DNA of 62,332 bases, counting the filler. It is 9 parts of 9 records of this genome, joined end to end, with 100 filler letters (N's around TTAATTAATTAA, not from the genome) between each part and the next. Parts side by side here need not be neighbours in the genome. Positions count along the whole stretch, not along the records: positions 32,052 to 43,676 come from SRR31156797_104408; positions 43,777 to 49,755 come from SRR31156797_104589; positions 49,856 to 56,910 come from SRR31156797_104711; 6 more parts are not named here. One strand, written 5' to 3'. The notes beneath the pieces are model-generated. The model saw nothing but the letters and a program-made list of their open reading frames with translations. It did not search any database and was not told the origin of the DNA. Positions within the stretch are counted from its first letter, which is position 1. Each line of letters begins with the position of its first letter. Both the position numbers and the translations under genes were made by a program. Of this stretch, positions 43,056-53,206 are shown one piece after another.

Positions 43056-43676
43056 ATGACGGATAGCAACATTGTCATTATTGGAGCCGGCATTTCCGGC
43101 CTATCCGTCGCATGGTTCCTGCACGCTCATGGTGTCGAATTTCGCATCTTCGAGGCGGCGGACCGGGTCGGTGGTGTCATATCCTCCACCAAGAAGAATG
43201 GTTTTTTGGTGGAGCATGGACCGAATACGACACTTCAAAAACCTGGCCGCGAGGAAGATTCTTTTGGCCGCTTATTGGAAGGCACCAGCCTTTCACGCAT
43301 TGTCCGCGAGGCCAATCCGGTTGGCAGAAACCGGTTCATTTTGCGCGACGGCAAGGTCCGTGCCTTGCCTACTTCCCCACCGGCGTTCCTGGCAACGCAA
43401 GCATTCTCATGGGGGGCCAAGGCTCGGCTCTTGATGGAGCCGTTCATCGGGCGTGCCCAAGAGGAGGAAACGGTTGCGCAGTTTGTCGAGCGGCGACTCG
43501 GTCGCGAATTTTTGGATTACGCCGTTGATCCTTTCGTTTCGGGAGTCTATGCGGGCGATACGGTGCGCCTATCCGTTCGTGCGGCCGTCCCCCGAATTTA
43601 CCAACTTGAGGTTCAATATGGTTCGCTGATCCGGGGCGCAATCGCCCTTGGCAAAGCTGCGAAAAACGCCGGAATG
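43056..43676 (+). CDS. HemY-type FAD-dependent (co/proto)porphyrinogen oxidase, partial
   Basis: IIGAGISGL, RVGG, EHGPNT, RRLGRE, PFVSGVYAGD, GSLIRG. Confidence 0.85.
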
Positions 43677-43776
43677 NNNNNNNNNNNNNNNNNNNNNNNN
43701 NNNNNNNNNNNNNNNNNNNNTTAATTAATTAANNNNNNNNNNNNNNNNNNNNNNNNNNNNNNNNNNNNNNNNNNNN

Positions 43777-45854
43777 AGCACGTCGTCGCCGGCCTCGCCA
43801 TACAGTTGATCATTGTCCGCATCGCCGGTTAGGTCGTCATGACCGCCACGACCGTACAAACGATCGTTGCCGTCGTACCCAGCGATGGCGTCGTTCTGTT
43901 CGGTTCCTCTCAAGGTATCGTTGCCGGCCGTTCCCTGCAGGCTATTGGTCAATAGCCGGTCGACGGTCACATCGAAAGACTTCGAGGTGGTTGCGCTATC
44001 GCCGTCCGTTTCGGTGGAAACCGCCGTCACCGAAAGCGTGTGGTCGCCTTTGGCGCCGGCCGGCACCGTCAAGGTCAGCGACGAGAGGTCCTCGGCGGCG
44101 ACGCTCCAGCTTCCTCCACCGTTGTCCGTACCGGCGGACAAAACCGCACCGGCAGGGATACCGTCAATGGTGACGGCAAGCGATTCGGAGCCATCCGTGT
44201 CGGAAAGCAGAGCCGAGATATCGAGAGCGATGGCTTGCGTTTCGGTTCCGGTCACGTTTGTTGCCGATACGATAGGAGCATCGGCAATACCGGAAACGGA
44301 GATGGCAACCGATGCCGTATCGGTTCCGCCCCGCCCATCGGCCACCGAATAGGTGAAACTGTCGGTGCCGCTGAAATCGGCATTCGGAACATAGGCGTAG
44401 GTGCCGTCGGACGCGATGGAGACGGTGCCGTGCAGCGGCGCGCCGCCGGCGGCCAGATCAAATGAAATGCTATCGCCATCGGCATCGGTAGCGGCGAGAG
44501 TGCCGCCGATGACGTTGTCTTCGACACCCGAAACTTCTGAGTTGGCGGCAACCGGATCGGCATTGGACGCGGCACCTGAATTTTGTGTGCCTCCAGCCGT
44601 CAAAGCCCCCTGTTGCCCGGCAGCGGGAACCGTTGGGTTGAAGCCTTGAGAGGATTGCGTTTGCGGAAGCCGCACACCGGGTTCACCATTATTCGGTTGT
44701 GCCTGGATTGGCAGATCGGTGGGGCCGTTCGCCGCCGGGTCGTTCGTTTCGCCGGCATCCGGAGCGGTTTCGTCGTCCGGGCCGAACGGGTCGATTTCAT
44801 CGGCATCACCCGAGGCAAGCTCGATGTCGTCGATATCGACGTCATCCAGGTCGCCGCCGCCGCCCGGAAGGTTTTCATCGTCACCGATGTCACCCAGGTC
44901 GATATCATCGTCGGCATTGCCGCCATCGCCTTGCGGACCTTCTTCGATATCGCCGATATCCTGGCGCTCGGACGGGGTGTCGGGGAAAGCGCGAAACGCC
45001 GTCTCGAAAACACCGGAAATCACTTCCGCCTCGGAGCCGGACAGCGTTGTCGGAGCCGCATCGATTCCGCTCACCGACAGCGCCTGACTGGCAAGACTCA
45101 GCACCTGGGCGCCGACACCGTTCGCGACGACCACCTCGCCGAGAACTCCGTCGCCGGTGCCGATCAATACGACATTGAGCGGCTGGCCGTCGGCAACGTC
45201 GACGCCGACCTGAGAATCACGCAGGGTCAGACTGGCATACGGGGTGTCGACGGTCATCGCATCGGCATTGCCCTGAGCCGCCCGTCCGCTGGCGAAGGTG
45301 AAGGTGCCGCGGCTGACCGAAAGGTGGATCTCGCCTTCTTCCGTCTGCTCGTCGAAAGCGACCTCGTTGACGGTCAGTTCGGCATCGCCGGAAAAAGAAA
45401 ACGCACTGTCATCGACAAGAACGCCGCCGACGGCACCACCGGTCAGCGATTGCAGGACGTCACCCTCGAAAATCGGATCGCCGGCTTCCAACGCAATACT
45501 CGTTCCGTCGGCGCGAAGCACGAACACATCGCCGCGCACCGTGGTGACGGTTCCGACCGGATCGGTGCCCTGTGCCAACTGGATGTCGGCCAGATCCGGG
45601 AGCGCTTCGATGAAATCGGCGGGAACGATCTGGCCGCCGGCCGAGATCACCGTCGGCGGGCTAGCGGTCGAGTAAAAGCCTTCGACGACCGCCTCTTCCC
45701 CTTCGGCATCGACCAAGACGAGATCCTCGCCGAACCTCGAAGCGGTCAGGTCGCCGGTATCCATGTCTTCGGGAAGGACGAACACCTCGGTCGGGCCGGA
45801 TTCTGCCGACGCGGAGGGGGTAGCGCTGCCGCCTTTGATTGGGGTATCAGCCAT
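43777..45854 (-). CDS. Large T1SS-type secreted protein: FecR-like N-terminus, acidic linker, cadherin/Ig-like repeats, RTX Ca-binding repeats; 3'-truncated
   Basis: ATDADGD...YVPNADFSGTDSFTYSVADG; GxxGxD repeats GNDTLRG, GNDRLYGRGGHDDL. Confidence 0.8.
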
Positions 45855-46472
45855 CAGATATAGGCAACCCCGCGTTCAATCGCCCGTTGTCTCCGCACGA
45901 TGGTCGATGCGAATGCCGACGGCCGAGTGGAATTGGAACCACTGAAAAGCCGACGAATCGCTTTCAAACCGAAAACACAAAAATCGTCAAAACGAGATGA
46001 GGATTCGCCATAATGCGTTGCATTTTGCGAATTTAATGGTTCGTTCATTTGATATCGCACTGGTTTCTCGTTGTTTATCAAGTCGTTCCAGGCTCAAATC
46101 GATTTGGTTGCTCTGACTCGCAGCAAACCCCATGCCAGCCTTCGGCAATCCCTGTGGCTGGGCATCAAAAACACGCAAAATCTGGATACGTTCCCTCCGT
46201 ATCGAAGCAAATGTAGCGGAACCGCCTAAAAATTTCCTTAAAAAAATAGAGGACATTTTGGCATTTCGGGAAAAAACGCAGGAACCTTCCCGGCCTATTC
46301 GGCCAGAAGGGAACGAAGGACCCGGCAATTTCGCCCGCAACCAAATATCTGCCGATTGGACACCACGCCGGCGGGCTTTTTTGCGTGATCGTGGGCGCCG
46401 CCGATTGCTTTCCCGGCAAAAAAGCACGTCTTACCGATTGACCGCCGAGACGGAAAGTTCGAAAAAAACGCC

Positions 46473-47936
46473 ATGTATCTCGGCATCGATATCGGAACCT
46501 CGGCCGTAAAATGCCTGCTTGTCGATTCCGACCAGCACGCAATCGCCCAAGCCGAGGCCGCCGTTCTCACCGACCGTCCCCGGCCACTGTGGAGCGAGCA
46601 GGATCCGCAAGATTGGCTGGACGCGGTCGAGCAATCCCTGGCGGCGATCCGGGCCGAACATCCCAAGCCCTATTCGGCCGTCGGCGCCATCGGCCTTTCC
46701 GGACAGATGCACAGCGCCTTGGCGATCGATGCCGACGGCAAACCGATCCGGCCGGCGATTCTTTGGAATGACGGACGGGCGTACAAGGAGTGCAAGGCGC
46801 TGTCCGACGCCCTGCCCGGCCTTGCCCGGGATACCGGCGTTGTCGCCATGCCCGGTTTTTCCGCTCCGAAATTCCTATGGCTGAAGAACCATGAGCCCGA
46901 CAGCTTCGCCAGGATCGCCACCATCCTGATGGCGAAGGACTATGTCCGCCTGTGGCTGACCGGCGAAAAGGCGACCGACATGGCCGATGCCGCCGGCGCC
47001 CTGATGCTGGACGAGGCATCGCGCGATTGGCACGCGAAAATCGTCGACGCCTGCGGCCTCACGGCCGGAAACCTGCCGCGCCTTCTCGAAGGGACCGAGA
47101 AATCCGGCTTCCTGCGCCCCCAAATCGCCCAACGCCTCAGCTTGAATCCATCCGTCGTCGTCGCCGGCGGGGGCGGCGACGCGGCCGTCGGCGCCGTCGG
47201 CATCGGTGCCGTCGATGGCGGCGACGGGTTTATTTCGCTCGGCACGTCGGGCCAGTTCCTGGTCGTCCAGAATACCTATTCGCCGAGCCCGGAAAACCTG
47301 CTGCACACCTTCGCCCACTGCATCCCGGAAAGATGGTATCAGATGGCCGCCATGCTGAACGGCGCCAGCTGCCTTGCCTGGATCGCCGAGACGCTGGGAG
47401 AGGCCGACATCGGCGCGTTGTTGGCACAAGTAGAAATGGATTACGACGGCCCCGGACGGGTGCTGTTCCTGCCCTATCTCGCCGGCGAACGCACGCCCCA
47501 CAACAACCCTTATGCCCGGTCCGTGTTCTTCGGCCTCGATGCCGAGACGTCTCGCCACGATTTGGTGCTGTCGGTCCTCGAAGGCGTCGTCTTCAGCCTC
47601 ATGGATGCGCGCGCTTGCCTGTCGGCGGCCGGCACCGTTTGCAGAAGCCTCGGCATCATCGGCGGCGGCGCGAAAAGCCGCTTCTGGACACGGATGATCG
47701 CGACCGCGCTCGACCTTTCCATCACCCGCTATCGCGGCGCCGAGCTCGGCCCGGCTTTCGGTGCGGCCAGGCTGGCCCGGATCGCCCATACCGGCGAAGC
47801 GGTGGCCGACGTTTGCCGGACACCGGAAGTGCAGGAGGTCATCGAACCCGATCCCGATCTGGTTTCCCGATACCGGGAGCGGCACGCCCGTTTTCGGACG
47901 TTGTACGAAGCCGTGGCGGACGAGTTTCACCCCTGA
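46473..47936 (+). CDS. xylB: Xylulokinase
   Basis: LGIDIGTS, SEQDP, GLSGQMH, ILWNDGR, SLGTSG, PYLAGERTPHN. Confidence 0.92.
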   Translation: MYLGIDIGTSAVKCLLVDSDQHAIAQAEAAVLTDRPRPLWSEQDPQDWLDAVEQSLAAIRAEHPKPYSAVGAIGLSGQMHSALAIDADGKPIRPAILWNDGRAYKECKALSDALPGLARDTGVVAMPGFSAPKFLWLKNHEPDSFARIATILMAKDYVRLWLTGEKATDMADAAGALMLDEASRDWHAKIVDACGLTAGNLPRLLEGTEKSGFLRPQIAQRLSLNPSVVVAGGGGDAAVGAVGIGAVDGGDGFISLGTSGQFLVVQNTYSPSPENLLHTFAHCIPERWYQMAAMLNGASCLAWIAETLGEADIGALLAQVEMDYDGPGRVLFLPYLAGERTPHNNPYARSVFFGLDAETSRHDLVLSVLEGVVFSLMDARACLSAAGTVCRSLGIIGGGAKSRFWTRMIATALDLSITRYRGAELGPAFGAARLARIAHTGEAVADVCRTPEVQEVIEPDPDLVSRYRERHARFRTLYEAVADEFHP

Positions 47937-48052
47937 CCGGCCGGCCTCGGCTTTTGTCAAACAATGACTATGTGCATCCGGCCCGGGAAGCGGGCATAGT
48001 TGGGACAGAAACAACAGGTAACGTTCGGCCTTTCGTTCGGAGGGAGCGGATC

Positions 48053-48532
48053 ATGCGCTGGTTTTTCCGAAAGCTCGACAGCCTGATCGCTGCGGCCTTC
48101 GCCGGCACCTGGGGTGCCGTCGTCTCGCAGTTCCAGGCCTTCGTGCATCAATACCTGCAGCGCCTCGGCGGCCATATCGACGAAGCCAACCGCAACTACG
48201 CGATCGTCCTCGAATCCGACCGCTATCGCGAAATGGACGCCGTCACCCGCGATGTTATCGCCGGCGACGCCCTGGCGCGGGTCAAGGAACTGCAGGGCGC
48301 CTATGACGCCATCGTGCAAGCCGACATCTTCACAAGGCCGTATGAATTCCTGGTCAATGTCGATTCCGTCATCGCCGATCGGACCTTCGAGAATTTCGAG
48401 CCTGCCCTGCCGGTCGATCCGGAAAGCCTGATCTACGCCAGCGTCGGGCTGGTCCTGGGCTTCATCGTCTTCGAAATCATCAAGGCGCCGTTGGCGCTGC
48501 TGTTTCGAAGCAAACGTCGTGGGCAAACGTAA
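48053..48532 (+). CDS. DUF2937-like membrane protein
   Basis: RBS GGAG; SQFQAFVHQYLQRLGGHIDE, C-terminal TM helix. Confidence 0.75.
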   Translation: MRWFFRKLDSLIAAAFAGTWGAVVSQFQAFVHQYLQRLGGHIDEANRNYAIVLESDRYREMDAVTRDVIAGDALARVKELQGAYDAIVQADIFTRPYEFLVNVDSVIADRTFENFEPALPVDPESLIYASVGLVLGFIVFEIIKAPLALLFRSKRRGQT

Positions 48533-48571
48533 GCGTATCGAAAACGCGGACGAAATCGAAGCCCGGCCGGA

Positions 48572-49755
48572 TCATTTGCGCCGCACGAACAAGAAGTCAC
48601 CGCCGTCATGACCGGTTCTTCGAAGGTCGCCGTATTCCGGCGTTTGGTCGGAATTCACCATTACCGGACGCTGGATCAGTGTGAAGAGCCGATGCCCATC
48701 CAGGACGTCGGAATTCTGACGCAACGCCTGAAGAAACGCCTTTGCGAACGCCGAATGTTCGCCTCCGCCACTGTCCGTTACAGGCTCCAATCCACCCGAT
48801 GTCAGGACCGTCCGCGCCTTCTTCCCGACGACGCGTTGCCAATAGTCAGACGAACGCAATGAAACCGCGACTCCGCGTTGGAGCGTCCCGGAGAAACAAC
48901 TATCCGCAACGATCATGACGTGTTTCGCTGAAATCGCCCGAATGGCATCGGTGACCGTCGCATTGGAAACCCAGTTCGTGGGGTTTTCACGGTCCGCGTC
49001 GACCGGAAGCCAGTATCCACGTTCGGCACCTTCATCCAGCACGCCGTGGCCCGCATAGTAGATCAATAAATTGTCGTCGCGGCCCAGTTCGCTCCTCTTT
49101 TTGTTCAACGCCGTCACAATCCCGGCTCTGCTTGCATTCTCAAGCAGCGTGATTTCGAATCCGTACAAGTCCCCAAGAAGTCGGGCGACCGCCCTCGCAT
49201 CGTTCACGGCGGTTTTCAGTCGGGGAAATGCACGATAGTCGTTGTTGCCGATGACGACGGCATGATATCGACCGAAATTGGCTTCTGATTCCGCCCCCCC
49301 ATAGCTTCTCGGCGAATTCGGCCGATCGCCTTTGAGCTCGGTTTTCTCGGAAGCGGCCACCGTGTTCAAGCGATCAAGCAGGCTTTCCGATACATCCCCG
49401 GTAACCGACAGTCCTTCCAACCTCTCAAATGCTTTGATTGCCACCCGGGTTTTGTTTCCGACAACCCCATCCACAGAACCCGCGTCAAAACCAAGTTGGA
49501 TTAGGCGCTTTTGAACCGCCATTGCGATATCCGGGTTAACTGTCTTCGGTTCGGTCAGTGGGGGCGTCGATGGAGGGGCGAAAGAGGAAGCCGGCTTCTT
49601 CATCGGAGAGGGGGCAGTACCGACTTTCGGAACGGAAATCGGGGGAATGATCTCGGCGGTTTGGGCGGTTCCGGTGAGCGGTCGATCTTGCGCGCCCTTC
49701 AGGTAGACGTGAACCTCGGAGACGGATGCAGTATCGCTTGTCGTCCCGGCGATGG
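48572..49755 (-). CDS. Caspase-family (C14) peptidase with peptidoglycan-binding domain, 5'-truncated
   Basis: VQKRLIQLGFDAGSVDGVVGNKTRVAI; VIGNNDY, YYAGHG, VADSCFSG; frame open to contig edge. Confidence 0.85.
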
Positions 49756-49855
49756 NNNNNNNNNNNNNNNNNNNNNNNNNNNNNNNNNNNNNNNNNNNNT
49801 TAATTAATTAANNNNNNNNNNNNNNNNNNNNNNNNNNNNNNNNNNNNNNNNNNNN

Positions 49856-50267
49856 TTTCACACGGGAAGTATTTGATGGTTATACAGCTCCGTTTTACGC
49901 AGATTTTAAAACCAGTGCCGACGGATTTGTCAGGGCCATGTTTCCTGAAAATGCGGATACTGTTTTGGTTAACCAGGTTGCGGAAGATATGTCCTCAGCC
50001 GACAGCCGGATTGCCATGCAGGCTTTCGAGAGCATGTTTGAATTTGGAAATATCATCGAAATTTTGCTTACCGAAATGAAAAAACCGGTGTATGCAGTAA
50101 ACGCCGATTTCTGGCCAACCAACGAGGAATACAACCGGACAATAGTCCCTGGGTTTAGTGTAAAACACATGAACGGCTATGGCCATTTTATCATGCTGGA
50201 AAACCCGGAGTTATTCAACAGACTTTTGCAGGAAACCATTGATGAAATTGTTGAAGACAACAAATAG
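49856..50267 (+). CDS. Alpha/beta hydrolase C-terminal fragment
   Basis: PVYAVNAD...GHFIMLENPELFN. Confidence 0.7.
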
Positions 50268-50459
50268 CATATATTTTGTTTTGCTCTGAGTTTTCGCTTA
50301 TTGACTTTTATCGGGCAAATGCAAGCTTAACCTTAGAGTCGCGAAGTCGCAATGAATAATTAACCCGGAAAACCCTTAAAATTTTCCGGGTTAAATTAAT
50401 CAACAGCTTTATTAACAGTTACCGGGAAAACCCGTATTTTCGTATCACAAAATTTATGA

Positions 50460-52424
50460 GTGATGAAAAATGCGTTCCTGTTTATTTTTGCAGCACTGAT
50501 GGTGGTTAATCTGGATGCACAGCAGAAAGTGACGGATAGCCTCATATCACTGGCAGAAAAAAAATCCGGCATTGAAAAGGCCGACTTGCTGAATGAACTG
50601 GCAGAATTGTTATTGGATTCCAACCCTGACCAAAGTATAATATATGCCGGCGAGGCCCTTAAAATCTGGGAACAGAGAAATGATGCAACAAATGCCTTCT
50701 ATTCGCTTTTGTTCACAAGCAATGCATACGCCAATAAAGGCAATCACGAAAAAGCTTTAGCGGTTTTGGTTGATGCAGGCAAAAAGTATGAAAAGGCCCT
50801 GGCTCCCAAATATGCTGCCCAACTCAATATGCATCTCGGCATGGCGTATAAATCCGTGAACCTTTTTGAGAAAGCACTTCGATATCAGCTGGCCGCTCTT
50901 GAACAATTGTCATCAATCCGAAATAATGATAACGTGGCCGGCGTGAAAATGCTGGAAATGAACATTCAGAAATCCATCGGGGATTTGTTTAACACCCTGG
51001 AAAACTATTCAAAAGCACTTACACATTATGACGATGCACTCGAATTATCCATAGCGATAGGTGATTCTTTGAATACGGCATTTATTTATAACAGCATCGG
51101 AATTGCCCATGAACAGCAAAAAGAGTTTACCCCGGCTATAGAGAATTATTTTAGAGCCATGAGTATCCTTAAAAGCCTCGGTTACGAAAGCGCCATTGGA
51201 AATATAAAAGTAAATATAAGCTTGTTATACTATTTTAAAAAAGAATATCCAAAGGCATTGCAATTTGCTAAAGAGGCACTCCGTATTCTCGAAAAATCGC
51301 CCAACCAGTATGCATTTGCCATAAACCTGAGTACTATCGGAAGGATATACCTGAAAATGGATGAGGCTGATAAGGCCTTCGGTTACATTATGAAAAGCTA
51401 CCAAATGGGGTTGGATAATGATTATACCGACCTGATAACCGACAGCTACGACTTTTTGGGACAATATCACGCACTGAAAGGAAATTACATAGAAGCCTAT
51501 AATTATAATCGCCAGTATGTGCAACACAAGGATTCTATATACAACCTCGAATTGTCTTCACGGATCCATGAGTTACAAACCCGTTACGAAACCGAAAAGA
51601 AAGAACAGGAAATTACACTGCTCACCAAAGATGGTGAGATCAAGGATTTACAGCTCCGACGTCAGGAAGCGTTACTTATCAGCCTTTCCGGAGTTTTTAT
51701 ATTGATTGTTTTTGTAGGTATTTTGTGGTTCAGGAGTAACCGGCAAAAGCAAAGGCTTGAGAAAAGTGAAATGGAGAAGCGTAACCTTGAAACAGAGCAA
51801 AAGCTGCTTCGGGCCCAAATTAACCCGCATTTTATGTTTAATGCGCTCAACTCAGTACAAAGCTACATTTCGGCCAACGACAACCTGAAAGCCATGACCT
51901 ACCTGGCCAAGTTTTCACAGCTGATGCGGAACATCCTGGAAAATTCACGCAAGTCCATGATCAGCCTGGAAGAAGAAATCGAAACCTTGCGATTATACAT
52001 GGAACTCGAAGCCATGCGCTTTAAAAACATGTTTGAGTTTCAGATTTCAGTTTCTGATGATATCATTCCATCCAAAACATATATCCCGCCAATGCTTGTT
52101 CAACCTTTTGTGGAAAATTCCATCAAGCATGGATTTAAGCAGGTAGAGACCGGGAAATTGATTGTTGATTTTAGCACGATTAACGGGGTTATCAAATGCC
52201 ATGTTGAAGACAATGGCATTGGACGGAAAAAAGCACAGGAAACCAAAGTCGGCCAAACATCCACGCACAAATCACTTGGCATGCAGGTAACGCATGAACG
52301 TTTTGAAACACTGAAGAAAGAACGGATGCTGGAAGTTGGCTTCGAAATTGATGACTTAACCGATGCAGGTGGGAGCCCGTGCGGAACCCTGGTAAAACTT
52401 GATCTGCCTTATGAAATTGAATAA
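50460..52424 (+). CDS. TPR-containing LytS-type histidine kinase
   Basis: Signal peptide, TPRs, YETEKKE, TM, AQINPHFMFNALNS, QPFVENSIKHG, DNGIG. Confidence 0.9.
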   Translation: MMKNAFLFIFAALMVVNLDAQQKVTDSLISLAEKKSGIEKADLLNELAELLLDSNPDQSIIYAGEALKIWEQRNDATNAFYSLLFTSNAYANKGNHEKALAVLVDAGKKYEKALAPKYAAQLNMHLGMAYKSVNLFEKALRYQLAALEQLSSIRNNDNVAGVKMLEMNIQKSIGDLFNTLENYSKALTHYDDALELSIAIGDSLNTAFIYNSIGIAHEQQKEFTPAIENYFRAMSILKSLGYESAIGNIKVNISLLYYFKKEYPKALQFAKEALRILEKSPNQYAFAINLSTIGRIYLKMDEADKAFGYIMKSYQMGLDNDYTDLITDSYDFLGQYHALKGNYIEAYNYNRQYVQHKDSIYNLELSSRIHELQTRYETEKKEQEITLLTKDGEIKDLQLRRQEALLISLSGVFILIVFVGILWFRSNRQKQRLEKSEMEKRNLETEQKLLRAQINPHFMFNALNSVQSYISANDNLKAMTYLAKFSQLMRNILENSRKSMISLEEEIETLRLYMELEAMRFKNMFEFQISVSDDIIPSKTYIPPMLVQPFVENSIKHGFKQVETGKLIVDFSTINGVIKCHVEDNGIGRKKAQETKVGQTSTHKSLGMQVTHERFETLKKERMLEVGFEIDDLTDAGGSPCGTLVKLDLPYEIE

Positions 52425-52447
52425 ATCGTAATTTTGTTGAAACCATT

Positions 52448-53194
52448 GTGAACATGATCAGGGCCATAATTATTGATGACGAGTACGATAGCCGGGAAAC
52501 CATTTTCAATATCCTGAAAAATTATTGTGAGCAAATTGATGTTGTGGGCCAGGCTGATGGAGTGAATGCCGGATTAACCCTTGTGAAAAAAGCAAATCCT
52601 GATGTAGTATTTCTGGATATCCAGATGCCGGATGGAACGGGATTTGACCTGCTCGATAAAATCCCCAAAATTGCTTTCCAGGTGATCTTTATAACCGCTT
52701 TTGATCAATACGCCCTGAAAGCCATAAAATTCAGTGCGTTGGATTATATCCTGAAACCAGTTGATCCCCAACAACTCATTGAGGCTGTTAGTAAAATCAG
52801 AACCAATGAGATGGATTTTGAGGATATGAATAAAAAAATCAACATCCTCCTGCGAAACCGGTCCGGATTTAAGCGGATCACCCTGCCCACATCGGATGGA
52901 TTTAAATTTGTGGACATCAAAGATATTGTTCGCTGCGAAGCTGACAGCAATTACACCAACTTCTACCTGAACAGTGGTGAAAAAGCCATGGTAACCCGCA
53001 CCTTAAAAGAATATGAAGAAAGCCTTTCGGGGATGGATTTCATTCGCGTACACCAGTCGCACATGGTCAATTTGAAATATATCGACCGCTATATCAAGGG
53101 TGATGGTGGAACCATTGTGATGATGGACGGTTCGGAGGTGGAGGTTTCACGACGCAGGAAGGAGGAATTCCTTAAATGGATGAGCCTGCAATAA
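52448..53194 (+). CDS. LytTR family response regulator
   Basis: IIDDE, FLDIQMP, DYILKP, EADSNYT, FIRVHQS, VSRRRK. Confidence 0.92.
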   Translation: MNMIRAIIIDDEYDSRETIFNILKNYCEQIDVVGQADGVNAGLTLVKKANPDVVFLDIQMPDGTGFDLLDKIPKIAFQVIFITAFDQYALKAIKFSALDYILKPVDPQQLIEAVSKIRTNEMDFEDMNKKINILLRNRSGFKRITLPTSDGFKFVDIKDIVRCEADSNYTNFYLNSGEKAMVTRTLKEYEESLSGMDFIRVHQSHMVNLKYIDRYIKGDGGTIVMMDGSEVEVSRRRKEEFLKWMSLQ

Positions 53195-53206
53195 ATGGCT
53201 GGAAAA

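Noticed and set aside
45855-46472. Long intergenic region with short ORFs and weak hairpins
   Set aside because: No convincing coding motif or RNA family; probably divergent promoters.
46952-48052. Arg-rich 5' extension of the 526-aa ORF
   Set aside because: Off-frame overlap with xylB; the real gene starts at 48053 after a GGAG RBS.
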